The notes beneath the pieces were generated by a model. It ran no database searches. It was not told the origin of the DNA and saw only the letters and a list, made by a program, of their open reading frames with translations. The position numbers and the translations under genes were made by a program. Positions 28,052-32,000 of a stretch of DNA of 32,000 bases are shown one piece after another (position 1 is the first letter of the stretch; each line of letters starts with the position of its first letter). The stretch lies in NCBI RefSeq assembly GCF_008000775.2, contig NZ_CP042905.2:2820001-2852000 (forward strand). The letters run 5' to 3'. This stretch comes from Promethearchaeum syntrophicum. Its GTDB lineage: Archaea; Asgardarchaeota; Lokiarchaeia; Sigyniarchaeales; Promethearchaeaceae.

Positions 28052-29761
28052 TTATTTTATCTCTTTGAGTTCATCCAATTGATTTTCTAACCGAACTTTA
28101 ACAGAATTAAGGCGTTTAGTTTTTTCATCAAAAATTTCATCCGTTATTTCTCCTGTGATATTCTGCATTTCCAAATCAAGCAAGTTCTTGTTGACATTGG
28201 CAATCTTGATTTTTAAATCGGTTCTGACATTTTCCGCTGAAATAGGTGATTCTGATGATGTTGCTTGCGTTTTTTCTAATATTGGTTTTTCAGAAACTTT
28301 TGGATTTGACAAAGCATGAGTCTCGACTTTAGGGGTCTTGCTAGGTAATATTGATTTGGATACACCTACAGATGTTTGTGAAGCAGGGCTATTTGATTTG
28401 TTTGTTTTGGTTTGTAACTTCTTTAGCATTAATCCCAGTTGATCTAACTCTTGATTCGGAGGTGCGGGAGGTTTTTGAACTGGAGGTGTAGAAGGTTGTG
28501 GACCTGGAGGCATAGAAGGTTGTTGAACAGGTGGTTTAGTAGGTTGCTGAACGGGAGGCATAGGAGGTTGTTGAACAGGTGGTTTAGGAGGTTGTTGAAC
28601 AGGTGGTTTAGTAGGTTGCTGAACGGGAGGCATAGGAGGTTGTTCAACTGGAGGCATGGGAGGGGATTGAGCTGACGGCATAGGAGGTGCTTGTACAACA
28701 GGTTGTGAAACAGCAGGTTGAGATTTCTTTAAAATATTCCGAATCTTCTGAGCTTTCTCATGAAAATCTTGACTCACGCGATCATCCCCCAAATCTAAGC
28801 TCAAATCTGCAAGTTCTTCAAATATTGACATAGCTAATTCAAAATTACCATTTTCTAACGCTTCTTCAGCTTCAAGCATTTTTTTATCCCGATCAATTAA
28901 TGGTTTGAGGAGAGGTGAGATTTCACCCGACATCTCTAAAATATCACCGAGAATTGTTATCATTTTATCCCTATTTCCAGGATCTGTTGCAATCATAGAA
29001 TAACATTTCATGCTTAAATGACGCTCGATATCGATGATTGGCATCGCATCAGGTAAATCTTGTTTATTTCCAATAACTGCCGTATGAGCCATGGGAGCTT
29101 CTTTCTTAACTAATTCGATAAAATATTTACTTTTCTCACAATTTTCCAGGGTTGAATCTGTAATTAGGAGAACTGCATCAGATCCTTTAATAAAATTATT
29201 CCAGAGAAAACTAAACTGTTCTTGACCAGCAAAATCCCAAAGATGGAAATGTAATTTTCCAATTTTAATAGTTCCAATGTCTCCTGTAATTGTAGGAATA
29301 TGTTCTATAGGAATATCCTCTGCTGTGATAAGTCGTGTAATAGTTGTCTTCCCTACACCAGAGAAACCAATCAAAGAAATTTTAGGTCGCAAGTTTTTGT
29401 GGATTAATTCAATTGTTGGATCAAAAACTTCAAAGGTATCTTCATCCAGTTTTTCATCAAGTATCTCACCAAACATATCCATAAATTCCTTGCGACATTT
29501 CTGGAGTTCTTTTTTAACGCTATTAAATTTGTCGGAAAGGTCAGAAACAAAGAAGAAAATGGTGTTTTTGTTAGGAACTGAAAGATAAGTTATGCGATAT
29601 TTAAAATAGTCATGGTATTGGATACTTTCTGTAGTCAAATTGGAAGCTTCTTTCGAGATGTGTTTTAAAACTTGCTCGAATGCCTCTTCATCTAGAGCTT
29701 TTCCAAATTCACGATTATAAATGGATTCTCCATCAAGAGTTATAAAGACTTGTCGTAGCAT
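28052..29761 (-). CDS. Arf-like small GTPase with N-terminal longin-like domain and C-terminal helical plus proline-rich repeat region
   Basis: MLRQVFITLDGESIYNREFGKALDEEAFEQVLKHI..., GFSGVGKTT (G1), WDFAGQ (G3), NKQD (G4), then PPVQQPTKPPVQQPPK... repeats. The start is set at an internal ATG. Confidence 0.88.
   Translation of the reverse strand: MLRQVFITLDGESIYNREFGKALDEEAFEQVLKHISKEASNLTTESIQYHDYFKYRITYLSVPNKNTIFFFVSDLSDKFNSVKKELQKCRKEFMDMFGEILDEKLDEDTFEVFDPTIELIHKNLRPKISLIGFSGVGKTTITRLITAEDIPIEHIPTITGDIGTIKIGKLHFHLWDFAGQEQFSFLWNNFIKGSDAVLLITDSTLENCEKSKYFIELVKKEAPMAHTAVIGNKQDLPDAMPIIDIERHLSMKCYSMIATDPGNRDKMITILGDILEMSGEISPLLKPLIDRDKKMLEAEEALENGNFELAMSIFEELADLSLDLGDDRVSQDFHEKAQKIRNILKKSQPAVSQPVVQAPPMPSAQSPPMPPVEQPPMPPVQQPTKPPVQQPPKPPVQQPPMPPVQQPTKPPVQQPSMPPGPQPSTPPVQKPPAPPNQELDQLGLMLKKLQTKTNKSNSPASQTSVGVSKSILPSKTPKVETHALSNPKVSEKPILEKTQATSSESPISAENVRTDLKIKIANVNKNLLDLEMQNITGEITDEIFDEKTKRLNSVKVRLENQLDELKEIK
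28455..28690 (-). repeat. Proline-rich 8-aa (24-nt) tandem repeat PPVQQP(T/P/S)(K/M)
   Basis: PPVQQPTK/PPVQQPPK/PPVQQPPM/PPVQQPTK/PPVQQPSM within the GTPase gene. Confidence 0.9.
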
Positions 29762-29864
29762 TAATGATTTCCTCAAAATTTGTTTATTGTAGCAAAATTT
29801 CTATAATAAATACATGTTTAGTTATCCTAAAAAATTTGAGATAATAACATTAGTTTGGAATTTT

Positions 29865-30380
29865 CTATTTTTTTGACATATAGCGGATTAATTTTTTAAA
29901 AACTGGTAATCGATCTCTTTCCATTTCAATCTCACTTTCTTTAATTAATTTATCGTATTCTTTTTGTAACTTTATTTTAGAAAATTCCGGTTTAGTTCCC
30001 TTTTCTGAGGATTTATCTAAAGTTAAAATTATCCGATTAATGCTTGGAAGATATTGGTTCAGATCTACGGTTTTCTGTACTTTACTCATGAAATATACAT
30101 TTTCTCCGAAGGTAAATATAATATTCTCTCGATCTGATTCTAAAATTAAATTATGGATGTCTTGAGTTTCTAATTCCGAGACGAGTTTCTCTCTTTTTAA
30201 AATCAATTCCCATAAAACTGGAGAGATCAGTTTACCAGGAGTTAATTTTGGGATTTTTGAAGCAAGCACTATACCATATTTATTGATGATAGCTGTATCA
30301 GTACCGATCATTTCGAAAATTTGGTCAACCACTCCATCCCAATTTATTTTATTGTCTGTATTTGGTGGATTTGCACTCAT
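29865..30380 (-). CDS. Probable roadblock/LC7-like domain protein
   Basis: 171 aa: WDGVVDQIFEMIGTDTAIINKYGIVLASKI...NIIFTFGENVYFMSKVQK...INRIILTL fits a roadblock-like alternating strand/helix pattern. It lies directly upstream of, and co-directional with, the GTPase. Confidence 0.5.
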   Translation of the reverse strand: MSANPPNTDNKINWDGVVDQIFEMIGTDTAIINKYGIVLASKIPKLTPGKLISPVLWELILKREKLVSELETQDIHNLILESDRENIIFTFGENVYFMSKVQKTVDLNQYLPSINRIILTLDKSSEKGTKPEFSKIKLQKEYDKLIKESEIEMERDRLPVFKKLIRYMSKK

Positions 30381-30676
30381 TTTTTATAATTCCTTTTAAT
30401 TGATTGTATATTTATGATTTAGATGTTAGATATTGTTATGATTTCCTTTATATATATATTATTTTTTTATTGCTAAGTAAGATTAGAACTCCAAGTTTTT
30501 ATAATATCAAGCATGATTTTTTAGGACATTTTTACATTTATATAATTGAGTATATAAAAAATTTGAATTATTAAGGTGAAATAATTAATATAATCATAAA
30601 AATTCTTTATAATTTGAAAAGAAACGATACGAAGTAGAAATTTTAATCTTAAAAAGTTAATCAAAGAGGAAAAAAA

Positions 30677-31813
30677 ATGGGTGATAAAGACTTAGAGAAT
30701 ATTATCTCGAATATTGGACAGGAAGAATTGGCAGTAGCTCAAAAACAGGCTCAAATTGATAGACTTAAACAGCTGATCGTTAAGCAAAAAAATGAGATGG
30801 CAGAACAGCAAAAAATTATCAAAGATTTAAATAATCGCATTCATAATATGTATGATTTACCCGCCGATGTTGAAGAATTAAAAAGAATGGTAGGTGAAAT
30901 GCGTGCAGAAATCAATGATAAGGACTCACAACTTCAAATGGCATATGGAACTGTTGCAGAGCATGAAGCTGAACTGAGAAATCTAAGATTACAGATGGAT
31001 CCACTATCCAAAAATTTAGAGACTTATATTACTCAAGTCGGTGAAATAAAAGCAAAATTGGCAGAGCAAGAAGGCTTGTTAATGCTAAAAGAGAAAGATA
31101 TTCATGAATTAAAAACTAATTTAAGCAATAAACAGATGAATTTCGATAACATGGAAGAAGAATTTGCTAAAAAAGTTCAAGAACGACTAAAAGAATTCAT
31201 GGAAATCGAAGATAATTATCAAAAAAAAATTACAGAGATGCAGGAAGAACTACGCGAAAAAAGTATGACCTCCGACGAAGCACGTGTTAAAATTAAGGCA
31301 GAACTCCAAGAAGATGCTTTAAAAAATCAAACAGAATTTATGGATAAAATCAGAAAATTAGAATCCCAAGTAATGGATAAGGAAATTGAATCCAAAGAAG
31401 CGAAGCAAAAACTGGAAAACTCATTAAATCAAGTACAAGACATCAAACTAAAATTAGATACTCAAGTTGAAAAATATAATCAACTGCAAAAAGAATATTC
31501 TGTAATTAAGGATGAAATGGATACACGTGATGAATTTTATGCCGATTTAAAAGAATTTAAAGAACAGAATTTAGGTGTTTCATCAAATTTTTCCCGATTA
31601 ATGACTCTATTCGAACATGAACCACTCTTTAAAGCTTTTCTCTTAGTAAATGATGTTGGTGAAATGAATGTTGAAGATCTAAAAAATTCGTTGGGTGTGC
31701 CGAGTATAACTACAAAAAAATATGTCGATCAATTTATTAAAGCTGATTTATTTGTGTTAACCGATTCGGGCAAATTGTCACTTAAATATCCGATAAAGGT
31801 GAAGAAAAAGTAA
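30677..31813 (+). CDS. Long coiled-coil protein with C-terminal wHTH-like domain
   Basis: 378 aa with extensive heptads; C-term FSRLMTLFEHEPLFKAFLLVNDVGEMNVEDLKNSLGVPSITTKKYVDQFIKADLFVLTDSGKLSLKYP. Confidence 0.65.
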   Translation: MGDKDLENIISNIGQEELAVAQKQAQIDRLKQLIVKQKNEMAEQQKIIKDLNNRIHNMYDLPADVEELKRMVGEMRAEINDKDSQLQMAYGTVAEHEAELRNLRLQMDPLSKNLETYITQVGEIKAKLAEQEGLLMLKEKDIHELKTNLSNKQMNFDNMEEEFAKKVQERLKEFMEIEDNYQKKITEMQEELREKSMTSDEARVKIKAELQEDALKNQTEFMDKIRKLESQVMDKEIESKEAKQKLENSLNQVQDIKLKLDTQVEKYNQLQKEYSVIKDEMDTRDEFYADLKEFKEQNLGVSSNFSRLMTLFEHEPLFKAFLLVNDVGEMNVEDLKNSLGVPSITTKKYVDQFIKADLFVLTDSGKLSLKYPIKVKKK

Positions 31814-32000
31814 TTTACTGAATTTTTTTTTTTATTTTTAAGGAAGGCTGCTAGGTCTTCTGGTTAAAGTTTATTTTTTTCTTATTTCTGGTTTATATGT
31901 TCATTTTAGAACAAAGAATCTAATCTAAAATTTTTTAAATTAACGAATTTAGAATTAAATATAATCAATTATTTTGATATAAGTTGAGATGAAGGTAATG

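Noticed and set aside
28444-28698. ORFs on both strands with repetitive Arg/Trp or Leu/Asn composition in the proline-repeat region
   Set aside because: Shadow frames created by the PPVQQP-coding tandem repeat.
1-32000. tRNA, rRNA, CRISPR and restriction-modification or toxin-antitoxin genes
   Set aside because: Looked for by eye; no convincing candidate seen. A covariance-model search would be needed to exclude tRNAs or small RNAs.

Overview
AT-rich archaeal window. The gene content fits an Asgard (Loki-like) archaeon: a Rab/Ras-like GTPase, two GTPases of Arf type with an N-terminal domain that looks like longin, a probable roadblock-like protein, several long coiled-coil proteins, and an archaeal inositol-1-phosphate synthase. 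Also present are an OsmC-like protein, an alkyltransferase-like (PWHR) protein, an acyl-CoA dehydrogenase, a tryptophanase/tyrosine phenol-lyase family enzyme, a phosphohexomutase, a peptide-type ABC transporter (two permeases plus a C-terminally anchored binding protein), and a complete IS element with terminal inverted repeats and a probable 7-bp target duplication. The most unusual locus is about 2.55-5.08 kb. A winged-HTH regulator with an internally duplicated C-terminal domain lies between two genes for exported glycine-rich peptides. One is a precursor with five tandem copies of KDDGGGGVPN. The other is a 36-aa ORF, absent from the supplied ORF track, that is a signal peptide followed by GREDGGGGVID-stop. 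A decayed second copy of the regulator C-terminus lies beside the short peptide gene. I propose this as a candidate peptide-signalling or secreted-peptide module. The structure is read directly from the sequence; the function is inference.
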